Positions 44,830 through 55,800 of a stretch of DNA of 64,000 bases are shown piece by piece (the first letter of the stretch is position 1; each line of letters begins with the position of its first letter). The position numbers were made by a program, and so were the translations under genes. The notes beneath the pieces were generated by a model. It ran no database searches. It saw only the letters and a list, made by a program, of their open reading frames with translations, and was not told the DNA's origin. The DNA is from Planctomycetota bacterium (GTDB taxonomy: Bacteria; Planctomycetota; B15-G4), in NCBI GenBank assembly GCA_965248575.1, contig CBDFJQ010000002.1, forward strand, positions 1,312,001-1,376,000. The letters run 5' to 3'.

Positions 44830-45485
44830 GACGGCCGCCCCGGCGCAGGTGCGGCGAAGTCGGCGTAGCGACCGCGGTAGATCCACACCTTGACGCCAAT
44901 CACACCCATCGTGGTGCGAGCGATCCCCGTGCCGTAGTCCACCCAGGCATCCAGGGTGGAAAGCGGCACAGAACCCAGCGAGATCTTCTGCTCACGCGCG
45001 ATTTCCGCACCACCCAAACGACCGGCGATGTGGATCTTCACGCCCAAGGCACCCGCCTGCATCGTGAGGTCAGCTGACTTCTTGAGAGCACGTCGGTAGC
45101 TCGCACGGCGCATGAGCTGCTCGGCCATGCTCTCGGCGACCAGCTGAGCCGATAGTTCAGGCTTGCTGATCTCGACCGTCCGAATCGCCACGGGCTTGTT
45201 GCAGATGTTGGTCAGCTCATCGTTGAGCTTCTCGACCTGCGCACCGCGACGACCGATGAGCAATCCGGGCCGAGCCGTGTGAATGATGACCGTCACACGC
45301 TCACGCGTCCGCTCGATGTCGATGCGGGGCACGGCAGCGGCGTGGTACTCCTTCTTCACGAATCGGCGGATCATCTGGTCTTCGTAGAGCAGCGCTCCGA
45401 ATTCCTTCTTGCCGGCATACCAGCGGGACCGCCAGGGCTCCGTGATGCCGACGCGGAATCCGATTGGGTGGACTTTCTGGCCCAT
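44826..45485 (-). CDS. rpsC: 30S ribosomal protein uS3
   Basis: MGQKVHPIGFR, GRLGGAEIAR, GVKVWIY. Confidence 0.98.
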   Translation of the reverse strand: MGQKVHPIGFRVGITEPWRSRWYAGKKEFGALLYEDQMIRRFVKKEYHAAAVPRIDIERTRERVTVIIHTARPGLLIGRRGAQVEKLNDELTNICNKPVAIRTVEISKPELSAQLVAESMAEQLMRRASYRRALKKSADLTMQAGALGVKIHIAGRLGGAEIAREQKISLGSVPLSTLDAWVDYGTGIARTTMGVIGVKVWIYRGRYADFAAPAPGRPS

Positions 45486-45898
45486 CAGGCCTTCTCCCCC
45501 TGGTTTTCTTGGTCGTTGGAATCTCCACCCGCGGCGCCGACAGGCGCACTCATCGGGGAGAGCGAGATATGAATGTGACTGGTGCGCTTGCGGTACGGCA
45601 TGGCACGACCACGCGCGGACGGCCGCCAACGGATGTGGCCACCGAGCAGCGGGCCCTCATCGACCCGAGCGATCGAGACCACCAGGTCGTTCAGGTCGAG
45701 GCTGCCCCCACTCTTCTGCTCGGCGTTTGCCACAGCAGAGCGAACCACGCTCTTGACGAGCACGGCGGCCCGCTTGGGAGAGCGGTCGAGCAGGACGAGA
45801 GCCCGGTTCACCGGAAGCCCGCGCACGAGGTCCACCACGAGCCGCGCCTTGCGGGCGGTGATCTTGGCGAAGCGATGTTTTGCGTTGAACTCGATCAT
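45485..45898 (-). CDS. rplV: 50S ribosomal protein uL22
   Basis: ARKARLVVDLVRG, SAVANA, ARGRA..RKRTSHI. Confidence 0.97.
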   Translation of the reverse strand: MIEFNAKHRFAKITARKARLVVDLVRGLPVNRALVLLDRSPKRAAVLVKSVVRSAVANAEQKSGGSLDLNDLVVSIARVDEGPLLGGHIRWRPSARGRAMPYRKRTSHIHISLSPMSAPVGAAGGDSNDQENQGEKA

Positions 45899-45904
45899 GT
45901 CTGC

Positions 45905-46186
45905 CTACCTGCCCCGGGAGGACTCCTTCTTGTTCGTGTGACCACGGAAGGTCCGAGTGGGTGCGAACTCGCCGAGCTTGTGGCCCACCATGTCTTCAAC
46001 AACGAAGATCTTCTGGTGCCGCCGACCGTCGTGCACCAGGAAGGTGTGACCCACGAAATCCGGCGTGATGGTGCAGGAACGGGCCCATGTCGTGATGGGC
46101 TCCCGGCGTCCCTCGCGTGCCATGCGGAGAACCTTCTTCTCCAACTTGACATCCACGTAGGGGCCTTTTTTCAGACTGCGGCTCAC
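45905..46186 (-). CDS. rpsS: 30S ribosomal protein uS19
   Basis: [22 protein letters not shown]. Confidence 0.98.
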   Translation of the reverse strand: MSRSLKKGPYVDVKLEKKVLRMAREGRREPITTWARSCTITPDFVGHTFLVHDGRRHQKIFVVEDMVGHKLGEFAPTRTFRGHTNKKESSRGR

Positions 46187-46267
46187 TGTGCTGCTCTCTC
46201 TGAGTTCCATCGGCCGCCCTGGGTCCGTCCCAGGCGCGTCCTTGTTAGTCCTGCTACACCCGCTGCA

Positions 46268-47101
46268 TCAACGCTTCGACTTGCGCTTGCGGATGATCAT
46301 GCGGCTCGACGCCTTCTTCGCGTGACGCGTCTTGCCACCCTTTGCGAGCTTGCCCCATGGAGACACGGGGTGCCGCCCACCAGCCGTCCGGCCCTCACCA
46401 CCACCCATCGGGTGAGCGTAGGCAGACATGGCTGTACCGCGAACCTTGGGCCGACGACCCTTCCAGCGGTTACGCCCAGCCTTACCCAGCTTGACGAGGC
46501 CGTGGTCGATGTTGCCGACCTGGCCGATCGTCGCGCGGCAGCGCGAGTGCACCTTGCGCTGCTCGCCAGACGGCAAGATCAGCTGGGCGTACTCACCTTC
46601 GCGGGACGACAACCGAATGACGGTTCCAGCCGAGCGGCCCATGCGGGCGCCACGACCTGGCTCGAGCTCGACACAGTGGATCAGCGTGCCCAAGGGCATG
46701 TGACGCAGTTCCATGGCGTTGCCCAGCTTCGGCTCGGCATCGGGGCCGGACATCACCGTGGCCCCCTGCTTCAAGCCCAAGGGGGCGACGATGTAGGCCT
46801 TCTTGCCATCGGCGTAGTGCAGCAGCGCGATGTTGGCCGAGCGGTTCGGATCGTACTGCACCTCAGCGACCTTGGCCGGCACGCCATCGTGGCGACGGCG
46901 GAAGTCGATCATGCGGTACTTGCGCTTGTGACCGCCGCCCCGGCGGTGGCTCGTGATGCGACCGTGGGCGTTGCGCCCCGAGTGCCGCTTGAGCCGCTTG
47001 GTCAGGGACTTCTCTGGCTTGCCGCCAGTGATGTCGGGGTCCCGCGCGACGGTTGCGCCACGACGACCGGGCGACGTCGGCTTGTACTTATGGATGGCCA
47101 T
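46268..47101 (-). CDS. rplB: 50S ribosomal protein uL2
   Basis: [23 protein letters not shown]. Confidence 0.98.
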   Translation of the reverse strand: MAIHKYKPTSPGRRGATVARDPDITGGKPEKSLTKRLKRHSGRNAHGRITSHRRGGGHKRKYRMIDFRRRHDGVPAKVAEVQYDPNRSANIALLHYADGKKAYIVAPLGLKQGATVMSGPDAEPKLGNAMELRHMPLGTLIHCVELEPGRGARMGRSAGTVIRLSSREGEYAQLILPSGEQRKVHSRCRATIGQVGNIDHGLVKLGKAGRNRWKGRRPKVRGTAMSAYAHPMGGGEGRTAGGRHPVSPWGKLAKGGKTRHAKKASSRMIIRKRKSKR

Positions 47102-47104
47102 GGC

Positions 47105-47389
47105 CTAGAGGAACTCCACGGTGTCGCCATCGGCGAGCGTAACGACGGCGCGTTTCCAGTCAGGGCGACGGGAAGCCTTCGGGCCCCGTCCCTTCACTTT
47201 TCCACGGCGCGTCATGGTGCGAACCTGCATGACGTTCACATCGAAGAGTTCCTCGATGGCCGTCTTGATCTGCACCTTGTTGGCATAGGGAGCCACCAGA
47301 AACGTGTATCCGTTCACGTCGGTGGTGATGTCGGTGCCCTTTTCGGTGATCAAGGGGCGCCGGATGATGTCGCGTGCGTCGTTTCTCAT
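47105..47389 (-). CDS. rplW: 50S ribosomal protein uL23
   Basis: PLITEK, ANKVQIK, WKRAVV. Confidence 0.97.
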   Translation of the reverse strand: MRNDARDIIRRPLITEKGTDITTDVNGYTFLVAPYANKVQIKTAIEELFDVNVMQVRTMTRRGKVKGRGPKASRRPDWKRAVVTLADGDTVEFL

Positions 47390-48063
47390 GACTCGTCGCC
47401 CTCACTCTTGGCGCCGACAGAAGCCGTGGCCTTGGACGAACGATGCTCGAGGCGCGTCATGAGCACATCCCACGCATCGTCCACGAACAACACCTTGCGG
47501 TGCCAAAGGACATGGAAGGTGTTGAGGTCGGACGCGCGGATGATATGCACGCGCGGCAGGTTGCGGAACGACTTCCAGAGGGACTCGTTCTCGGACGGGA
47601 TCACGATCGCCGCCGAACCTTCCCAGCCCAGGTCGGACATCAGCTTGGCTGCAGTCTTGGTCGTGGGCGCGTCGAAAGGCGCCGACGCACAGACAGCCAC
47701 TTCGCTGTCGCGCAGCTTGCCGAGCAAGGCCGAGCGAAGAGCTTCACGCAGCGCCTTGCGCGGCATGGTGTAGCTGTAGTCACGGGGACGGGGGCCGAAG
47801 ATCACGCCGCCGCCACGAAGCAGAGGCGAGTTGAAATCGCCACGGCGGGCGTTGCCCGTGCCCTTCTGCTTGTAGGGCTTGCGCGTGGTGTAGGACACCT
47901 CCGCGCGAGTCTTCGTCTTGACGGTGCCCTGACGAGCGTTCGCTTCGTACATGCGAACGACGTCGCGCATGAGCTTCAGCTTGACGATCTCACCGAGGCT
48001 GTCGGAGGGAAGCTCAGCAGTTCCCACCGCTCCATCAGCGCTCCAGCTGCTGACCTGTGCCAT
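47386..48063 (-). CDS. rplD: 50S ribosomal protein uL4
   Basis: RQGT..KTRAEV, KQKGTGNAR, GGGVIFGPRP. Confidence 0.97.
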   Translation of the reverse strand: MAQVSSWSADGAVGTAELPSDSLGEIVKLKLMRDVVRMYEANARQGTVKTKTRAEVSYTTRKPYKQKGTGNARRGDFNSPLLRGGGVIFGPRPRDYSYTMPRKALREALRSALLGKLRDSEVAVCASAPFDAPTTKTAAKLMSDLGWEGSAAIVIPSENESLWKSFRNLPRVHIIRASDLNTFHVLWHRKVLFVDDAWDVLMTRLEHRSSKATASVGAKSEGDES

Positions 48064-48725
48064 CACTTGCCACCCTTCTGGACGAGATTGCTCTCGCGCA
48101 CGATCACCAGGCCGCCGTTCGCGCCCGGGACGGGTCCCTTGATCATCAGGCGACCATTCTCAGCGTCGACCGCGAGGATCTCCAAACCCTTGACTGTGAC
48201 CCGCTCGCCACCCATGCGACCTGCCATCCGCTTGCCCTTGATGACTCGCCCTGGGTACTTGCACATGCCGATCGAGCCGGGCCGCCGGACGTTCTGGCTA
48301 CCGTGGCTCACCGGCCCACGAGCGAAGCCGTGCCGCTTGATGGTGCCGGCAAAGCCCTTGCCCTTGCTGGTTCCGACAACGTCGACGAACCCGCCGACTT
48401 CGAAGACATCCACACCCACGGTGGCGCCGACTTCGAGATCGGCACCCTCTGCGCCAGCGCCAGCCGCCCCACCACGCACCTCGCGCACATGGCGCAGGGG
48501 CTCGGTCAGGCCGGCCTTCTGGAACTGGCCGAGGCGCGGCTTGGAGACGACCTTCGGGCGGATGGAGCCGACGCCAAACTGCACGGCCTCGTAGCCATCC
48601 TTCTCAACGGTCTTCACCGCCGTCACGGTGTTCTGGGCAACGTCCAACACGGTGACCGGCATGCGCTGGCCATCCTCAAGCCAGAGCTGGGTCATCCCAC
48701 GTTTGGTTCCGAGTAGCGACTTCAC
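48063..48725 (-). CDS. rplC: 50S ribosomal protein uL3
   Basis: GTKRGMTQ, DGYEAVQ, SKGKGFAG, KGPVPG. Confidence 0.98.
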   Translation of the reverse strand: MKSLLGTKRGMTQLWLEDGQRMPVTVLDVAQNTVTAVKTVEKDGYEAVQFGVGSIRPKVVSKPRLGQFQKAGLTEPLRHVREVRGGAAGAGAEGADLEVGATVGVDVFEVGGFVDVVGTSKGKGFAGTIKRHGFARGPVSHGSQNVRRPGSIGMCKYPGRVIKGKRMAGRMGGERVTVKGLEILAVDAENGRLMIKGPVPGANGGLVIVRESNLVQKGGK

Positions 48726-48822
48726 AGCGCACTCCCATCGTTCATGCACACGGTGTTGCCCCGGCAGTCAGGCAGCGCTGTCGCTGCGGCCAGGGTCGAA
48801 AACAGGTTCACGTCCGAACTCA

Positions 48823-49131
48823 TCACGCCTTGACCCGAATGTCGACACCGGCAGGAAGCGTGAGCTTGCTGATGGCATCGACGGTCTTGCTCGTCGGCTC
48901 GAGAATGTGAATCAGGCGCTTGTGGGTTCGAATCTCGAACTGCTCCCGACTCTTCTTGTCGACGTGGGGCGAGCGCAGAACGGTGTAACGCTCAATGCGA
49001 GTGGGCAGCGGAATCGGGCCAGCAACGCGGGCGCCGGTGCGACGAGCGCCATCGGCAATGTCCGCAGCGGACTGGTCCAGGGTCTCGTGGTCGTAGGCCT
49101 CGAGGCGGATGATGATCTTCTTGGTCTGCAT
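48823..49131 (-). CDS. rpsJ: 30S ribosomal protein uS10
   Basis: [26 protein letters not shown]. Confidence 0.98.
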   Translation of the reverse strand: MQTKKIIIRLEAYDHETLDQSAADIADGARRTGARVAGPIPLPTRIERYTVLRSPHVDKKSREQFEIRTHKRLIHILEPTSKTVDAISKLTLPAGVDIRVKA

Positions 49132-49377
49132 CGCTCTCTTCGGTGACACCTGTGAGCTGGTGAGCTTGTACGGCCTTCAAGGACCACGGCGAACATGCCG
49201 CGAGCCAAAACAATCCCGCCGCCGCGCGTTCAACTTGCGCGCCGGTGGGTTACGTGCATCGAGTCGCCATCGCAAAAACGGGGTCTCCTGCCCGTGAACC
49301 GCATCCACTGACTGATTGGAAGCGAGGCGGAAGCCTCCGTCTGGGGGTGTTTCTGCCCTGACGGCGAAAAACGGGCG

Positions 49378-49405
49378 ATTCTAGGTGCAAGGCGCTTCGA
49401 GTCAA
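49378..49405 (-). promoter_or_regulatory. Putative sigma70 promoter of the S10 operon
   Basis: Minus-strand TTGACT-16 nt-TAGAAT in the fusA-rpsJ spacer. Confidence 0.7.
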
Positions 49406-49573
49406 AGAGAATCTGCCCAGGATCCCTGGCCAAACGGGTGCTGTTTGGGGGCTGCGGCGGCTCGGAGACCGGCCCCCCCCGCGGGGGCCGCACCGCAAAC
49501 GCTCTGAGCGCAGTGTTCCGCGACTCCCGGCTGCCTGTATCAACGGCCGGCAAGGCCCACGAGGCCGTCCGAA

Positions 49574-51637
49574 TCACAGGACCATCCCCGCAGCTCGGCC
49601 GGGCGGAAGAGGCTCATAGGAGCGCGGCTCCACCGTGAAGGTGGCTCGGCCCTGGCTCAGGGAGCGCAGCACAGTGGAGTAGCCAAAGATCTCCGACAGA
49701 GGCACGCTGCCGCGGATCGTGGCAGGGTCCGTGTCCGTCGACAGGCCGGAGACCCGGGCCCTACGCCCGTTGAGGTCTGAGTTGACCCCCGTCAGGAACT
49801 CGATCGGGCAGGAGATTTCGAAGGTCATCACCGGCTCAAGCAGTTGAGGGTCAGCCTTCTCGGCCGCCTCGCGGAAGGCCAGGTGGGTCGCGTGGGAGAA
49901 GGCCGCGTCCGTGCTGCTCTGATCGCGGGCTTGGCCGCCCAGCAGGGTGATGCGGATTCCGGAGACGGGAAAGCCCATCGACAGGCCGCCACCCGCGGCG
50001 TCGAGCGCCGCCCGCTCAATCGTTGGATGGAAGATGCGAGGAACATCCTCCCCATCCATCTCGTTGACCACCTCGACGGGGGTCGCCCCGTCGCAGGGCT
50101 CCACTTTCAAGCGCACGCCGGCATAGAGGGAGCGGTTGTTGACCAGGCGATCGAAGATGGCCTCGGCCTGGCCCGTGCCCGCCAGGGTCTGACGGAACGC
50201 CACCCGTGGCTCACCGACCCGGATGGCCATCTTGAAGTCGCGCTCGATGCGGTGGCGGATCACCTCCAGGTGCAACTCCCCCACCCCGGAAATGATCATC
50301 TGGCCCGTCTCTTCGTCCACGCGCCAGACGAAGGAGGGGTCATCGCGTGACAACAGGTCGAGCACGCGCACCAGTTCATCCTTGTCCTTCAAGCTGTGAG
50401 GCTCGATGGACATGGAAATCACGGGTTCTGTGGTCTCCATCCCCTCGAGCACGATGGGGTCGCCCTTGTCGCACAAGGTGTCCCCCGTCTTGCTGTGCTT
50501 CAGCCCCACCACGGCCACGATGTCGCCCGCCTCGGCCAGCTCCACGGACTCCCGTTCGTCGGCGTGCATGACGAACATCCGATTGACCCGCTCGGTCTTG
50601 GCGGTGCGCGGATTGAAGACTTGTTCAGCCAGACTCAGCTTGCCTGAGTAGATCCGAGCGAAGACCAGGTCCCCTTGGCTCACCCAGATCGTCTTGAAGA
50701 TGAGCGCGCACAACGGACCGGCAGGATCGCAGGTCCGCTCGACATGGGCCCCGGTCTGGGGATGGACCCCCACCGCTGGCGGAACCTCATCCGGGGCCGG
50801 GAGGAACTGGCAGACGGCATCCAGGACTGGCTGGACCCCCACGTTGCGAAAGGCGGAGCCGCAGACCACCGGGACGAACTTCAACCCGAGGGCGCCCTCA
50901 CGCAGGGCCTCTTGGATGGCCTGCGGTGTGCAGTCCATCTCGTGCTCCAGGTAGAGCTCTGCGAAGGAGTCGATGGAGTCGGCCAGCTCCTCCAGCATGC
51001 TCAGCCGGGCCAGCGTGGCGTCCTCTAGCAAATCCGCCGGGATCTCATCCTCCTGTACGTCCTTGCCGAGCGAACCTTCGGTGAATCGAAGCGCCCGCAT
51101 GCTCACCAGGTCGATGACCCCTTTGAGCTCCTTCTCGCGACCCCAAGGCATCTGGACCGGGATCGTCTTGACCTTCAGGCGCTCCGTGATGTCGGACACG
51201 ACCCGGTCGAAGTCGGCCCCGACCCGGTCCAGCTTGTTGACGAACACCACGCGCGGAACGTGATAGCGATCCGCCTGCCGCCAGACGGTCTCGGACTGCG
51301 CCTGGACCCCCGCAACACCGCAGACCACGACCACGGCCCCATCGAGCACTCGCAGACTCCGCTCCACCTCGACCGTGAAGTCGACATGTCCCGGGGTGTC
51401 GATGATGTTGATGCGGTGCTTCTTCCAGCTGCAGCTCGTGGCCGCGCTGGTGATGGTGATCCCTCGCTCGCGCTCTTCGTCGAGGTAGTCCATCTTGGCC
51501 GTCCCCTCGTGCACCTCTCCCATGCGGTGTGCACGGTCGGTGTAGAAGAGGATCCGCTCAGTGAGCGTGGTCTTGCCCGCATCGATGTGCGCGATCACAC
51601 CGATGTTGCGGATGCGGTCGCGCTTCACACGGGCCAT
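49574..51637 (-). CDS. fusA: Elongation factor G family protein (divergent domain IV)
   Basis: [50 protein letters not shown]; str operon position. Confidence 0.93.
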   Translation of the reverse strand: MARVKRDRIRNIGVIAHIDAGKTTLTERILFYTDRAHRMGEVHEGTAKMDYLDEERERGITITSAATSCSWKKHRINIIDTPGHVDFTVEVERSLRVLDGAVVVVCGVAGVQAQSETVWRQADRYHVPRVVFVNKLDRVGADFDRVVSDITERLKVKTIPVQMPWGREKELKGVIDLVSMRALRFTEGSLGKDVQEDEIPADLLEDATLARLSMLEELADSIDSFAELYLEHEMDCTPQAIQEALREGALGLKFVPVVCGSAFRNVGVQPVLDAVCQFLPAPDEVPPAVGVHPQTGAHVERTCDPAGPLCALIFKTIWVSQGDLVFARIYSGKLSLAEQVFNPRTAKTERVNRMFVMHADERESVELAEAGDIVAVVGLKHSKTGDTLCDKGDPIVLEGMETTEPVISMSIEPHSLKDKDELVRVLDLLSRDDPSFVWRVDEETGQMIISGVGELHLEVIRHRIERDFKMAIRVGEPRVAFRQTLAGTGQAEAIFDRLVNNRSLYAGVRLKVEPCDGATPVEVVNEMDGEDVPRIFHPTIERAALDAAGGGLSMGFPVSGIRITLLGGQARDQSSTDAAFSHATHLAFREAAEKADPQLLEPVMTFEISCPIEFLTGVNSDLNGRRARVSGLSTDTDPATIRGSVPLSEIFGYSTVLRSLSQGRATFTVEPRSYEPLPPGRAAGMVL

Positions 51638-51769
51638 GCCAGCCTCCAACTCATGCCAGCCTCGCCAAGCGTCGACATGAGGTTCGAACGCATCGCCGAG
51701 ACGGGAATGCCTGCAGGATCAACCTGAAGACACTCACTGTTTCTCTCAGGCGAGCGGCCGGCGGACGCC

Positions 51770-52243
51770 CTACCAGGCGAAGTGGGCGTAAGCCTTGTTG
51801 GCCTCGGCCATCTTGTGCGTGTTCTCACGCGTCGTGAAGGCAGTGCCCTGCTTCTTGCAGGCGTCGTAGAGCTCTTCCGCGAGCTTGCGAGCGACGGGCT
51901 TGCCCTTCTTCTTGCGCGTGGCCTGAAGCAACCAGCGGAAGGCCAAAGCCTGCTGCCGGTCGCGCCGGATTTCGTGCGGCACCTGCAAGGTGGCGCCACC
52001 GACACGTCGGGAGCGCACTTCCACGCTGGGCTTCACGTTGTTCACTGCGTTGGTGAAGCTCTCGATGGCATCGTCGTCCGGGATCTTTTCGACCAGGATG
52101 TCGAGTGCCTCGTAGAAGATCTTCTGTGCGGTGGACTTCTTGCCGTCCAGCATCAAGCAGTTGATGAACCTGCTGGCGAGCAAGCTGCCGAATTTGGGAT
52201 CCGGCTTCTGGTACTTGGCGGTCGAAACGTACTTGCGGGGCAT
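51770..52243 (-). CDS. rpsG: 30S ribosomal protein uS7
   Basis: DGKKSTA, SRRVGGAT, HKMAEANKA. Confidence 0.98.
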   Translation of the reverse strand: MPRKYVSTAKYQKPDPKFGSLLASRFINCLMLDGKKSTAQKIFYEALDILVEKIPDDDAIESFTNAVNNVKPSVEVRSRRVGGATLQVPHEIRRDRQQALAFRWLLQATRKKKGKPVARKLAEELYDACKKQGTAFTTRENTHKMAEANKAYAHFAW

Positions 52244-52272
52244 CTTTTATGACTCGTGCGTCGGGGCGACGA

Positions 52273-52647
52273 TCAGGACTTCGGGCGCTTGCTGCCGTAC
52301 TTGCTACGACCCTGCCGGCGGTCCGCAACGGGAGCCGCATCGAGGGTGCCGCGAATGATGTGGTACCGAACGCCGGGAAGGTCCCGGACACGGCCACCGC
52401 GGACAAGCACGATCGCGTGCTCCTGCAAGGTGTGCTTCTCACCGCCGATGTAGGCGGTGATCTCCTTGCCATTGCTCAGCTTCACCCTGGCGATCTTGCG
52501 CAGAGCGGAGTTCGGCTTCTTTGGGGTCTGGATCTTGACCTGCAAGCAGACACCGCGCTTCTGGGAGCATTTGTCGAGGACAGGGGCCTTGGAGACCTTG
52601 CGGATCTTCTTGCGACCCTGTCGGACGAGCTGATTGATCGTCGGCAT
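52273..52647 (-). CDS. rpsL: 30S ribosomal protein uS12
   Basis: [26 protein letters not shown]. Confidence 0.98.
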   Translation of the reverse strand: MPTINQLVRQGRKKIRKVSKAPVLDKCSQKRGVCLQVKIQTPKKPNSALRKIARVKLSNGKEITAYIGGEKHTLQEHAIVLVRGGRVRDLPGVRYHIIRGTLDAAPVADRRQGRSKYGSKRPKS

Positions 52648-52700
52648 GTTGTGCGGCTGTTTCTGAGGGTTTCTACTTCGTCTTCAACGGCGAGCGGCGC

Positions 52701-52729
52701 ATTTCATCAATCGGCCCGGCCTGGGTCAA
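52701..52729 (-). promoter_or_regulatory. Possible promoter of the str operon
   Basis: Minus-strand TTGACC-17 nt-TGAAAT upstream of rpsL; weak -10. Confidence 0.4.
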
Positions 52730-52857
52730 GAGGCTCGCACCGCCACCGGAAGGATCCCGGGGGTGTCGCAACTCGGTTCTCGTACTCGTCCTGCTCCTGC
52801 GGCTGCTTCGGAGCCCCGTTTGAGGGCCCTGCTGACCCCTTCGCAGATTCATGCTGC

Positions 52858-55800
52858 CTAGACGGCCCCTTCCAGGGTCACGGCGTCCAGGCTTGAAGAC
52901 TCCATGATCTCCGCACTCTGTGGGGCTTCCACATTGTGCTTCACCCGCGTGCGCTGCAGCTGCCGGAATCCGGTGCCTGTGGGCACCATGTTGCCCAGGA
53001 TCACGTTCTCCTTGAGCCCCAGCAGAGGGTCACGACGGCCGCCGAGCGCAGCTTCCGTGAGCACCTTGGTGGTCTCCTGGAAGGATGCGGCGGAGATCAT
53101 CGAGTCCGACTGCAAGGCCGCCTTGGTGATACCCAGGAGCACCGGTTCCGCAGTCGCGGGGCGCTTCTTGGCCTTCACCATGTCCTGGTTGGACTTCCGG
53201 AAGCGGAACTTGTCCACCACGGCATCGGGCAGGAAGTCCGTATCACCCGGATCCACGACCTGCACACGGCGCAACATCTGGCTCACGATCACCTCGACGT
53301 GCTTCTCGTCGATGCTCACGTTCTGGGAACGATAGACGCCCTGCACCTCGCGCAGGAGGTACTGCTGCAGCGCGTCTTCGCCGTTGATTCGCAGGATGTC
53401 CTGCGGAATCAGCGGGCCTTCCACCAAGGGGTGTCCAGCCTCGACGCGGTCACCGCTCTGGACCTTCAGGTGCTTACCGTGAGGAACGAGGTGCTCCTGG
53501 ACCACGCCGGTCTCATCGTTCTTGACGTTGATGGTCCGCTTGCCGCGCTTCATCTCGCGCACCAGCTCCACGGTGCCATCGATCTCCGCCATGATCGCCG
53601 GCTCCTTCGGCCGACGAGCTTCGAAGACTTCCGTCACACGCGGCAGACCACCGGTGATGTCCTGCGTACCGGTCATGGCGCGCGGCGTCTTGGCGATGAG
53701 CGTACCGGCCTTCACCATCTGTCCGTCGTCCACCTCGATGAAGGCGCGCTCAGGAATCGGGTAGAAGGTCAGCGGCGTCTCGTTCTCATCTTCCAGGCTG
53801 ATCTGCGGGTGCAGGTCGCCCTTGTGGTCCATGATGAACTTACGGCTGATACCCGCCGCATCGTCTTCCGTCTTGAGGGTCTTGCCCTCGACGATGTCGA
53901 TGAAGCGCACGCGTCCGGAACGGTCGGCAAAGATCGGAATACTGTGAGGATCCCAGTTGGCGATGATCTCACCCGACTTCACCCGTGCGCCGTCGGCGAC
54001 AGGCAGCACGGCACCGAGCGGAACGTCGTAGCGATCCAATTCGCGCCCCTTGTCATCCAGGATGACCAGGATGCCGTTGCGGTCGAGGGAGACCTGCTCG
54101 CCTTCCAGGTTCTCGCCGTACTTGACGCTGATGTACTTGAGCGTGCCCTTGCGACCTGCCTTGATCTTGGAGACAGCCAAGGCGCGGCTTGCCGTACCAC
54201 CGATGTGGAACGTCCGCATGGTGAGCTGCGTACCGGGCTCACCGATGGACTGCGCCGCGATGATTCCGATGGCAAGGCCCAGCTCGGCCAGCTTGCCGCG
54301 CGAGAGGTCCATGCCGTAGCAAGTGGCACAGGTGCCGTCACCGGCCTCGCAGGTGAGCGGGCTACGGACACGAACCTTCTCGTAACCGAGCTCCTCGATC
54401 CGCTTGGCGATCTCAGGCGTGATGACCTGATTCTCCCGGACGATGACATCATCCGTGACGATGTCGATGATGGCGTCGCGAGCCACACGACCACGAATCT
54501 GCTGACGCAGCGGCACATCGACCTTGTCACCCTTCATCACGGCGCTTTTGCTGATGCCGTTGATGGTTCCGCAGTCGATCACGCTGACCACCAGGTTCTG
54601 GCCCACGTCGGCCAGCTTGCGGGTGAGGTAACCCGAGTCTGCCGTCTTGAGCGCCGTATCCGCCAAGCCCTTGCGAGCACCGTGCGTCGAGCTGAAGTAC
54701 TCCAGCACACGCAGTCCCTCGCGGAAGTTCGACTTGATGGGCGTCTCGATGATCCGGCCCGACGGCTTCGCCATCAGTCCACGCATACCAGCCAGCTGAC
54801 GAATCTGCTCGATGGTGCCTCGAGCACCCGAGCGCTCCATGATGTAGACAGGGTTGATGGCCAGGGCGCCATCCAGAGCAGCCTTCTGCCACTCCAGCAT
54901 CATCTCCTCACCCACCCGCTCACGAGCGTGGGTCCAGAGGTCGATGACCTGGTTGTAGCGCTCACCCTCGGTGATCACGCCCTTCTGGTACTGGTTGTTG
55001 ATCCCGATCACCTCATCATCGGTGCTGTCGAGGATCTTGAACTTGCCAGAAGGAACGATCAGGTCGACGGTGGCGAAGGAGAGACCGGCGCGCGTTGCCG
55101 ACTTGAAGCCGATGGACTTCAGGTCATCCAACAGGTCGACGGTGCGGTCCTTGCCCACGATCTCGTAGGCATCGCTGATGACCCGCTTGATGGAACCCTT
55201 GTCTAGCGCGATGTTCCAGTAGGGGCAGTCGTCCGGAAGGATGTCGTTGAACAACACCCGACCGACAGTCGTGTCCACCAGGCCACCCTCATAGGTGACC
55301 GTCGAGTCGGCGGAGATGACGACCTTTCCGGGAGTCAAACGCACCTTGATCGGAGCGTGGACACCCGCCTTGCCATCCGCGTAGGCGCGGAACACCTCCC
55401 GCTCGGTAGCAAAGATCATGCCCTCGCCGGGCTCACCCGCGCGCTGCGTTGTGAGGTAGAAGCAGCCGAGCACGATGTCCTGGGAAGGACTGATGATCGG
55501 GGTGCCGTTGGCCGGCGTGAAGATGTTGTTCGTGGCGATCATCAGGGCCGTGGCCTCGATCTGCGCCTCATAGGAGAGGGGCAGGTGGACAGCCATCTGG
55601 TCACCATCGAAGTCGGCGTTGAAGCCGGCACACACGAGCGGGTGAAGCTTGATGGCGTTGCCCTCGACCAGCACGGGCTGGAAGGCCTGGATGCCCATAC
55701 GGTGAAGGGTCGGCGCGCGGTTCAGCAAGACCGGGTGCTCGAAGATGACCTCTTCAAGGATGTCCCAGACTTCCTCTTCCTTGCGCTCGAGCATCTTCTT

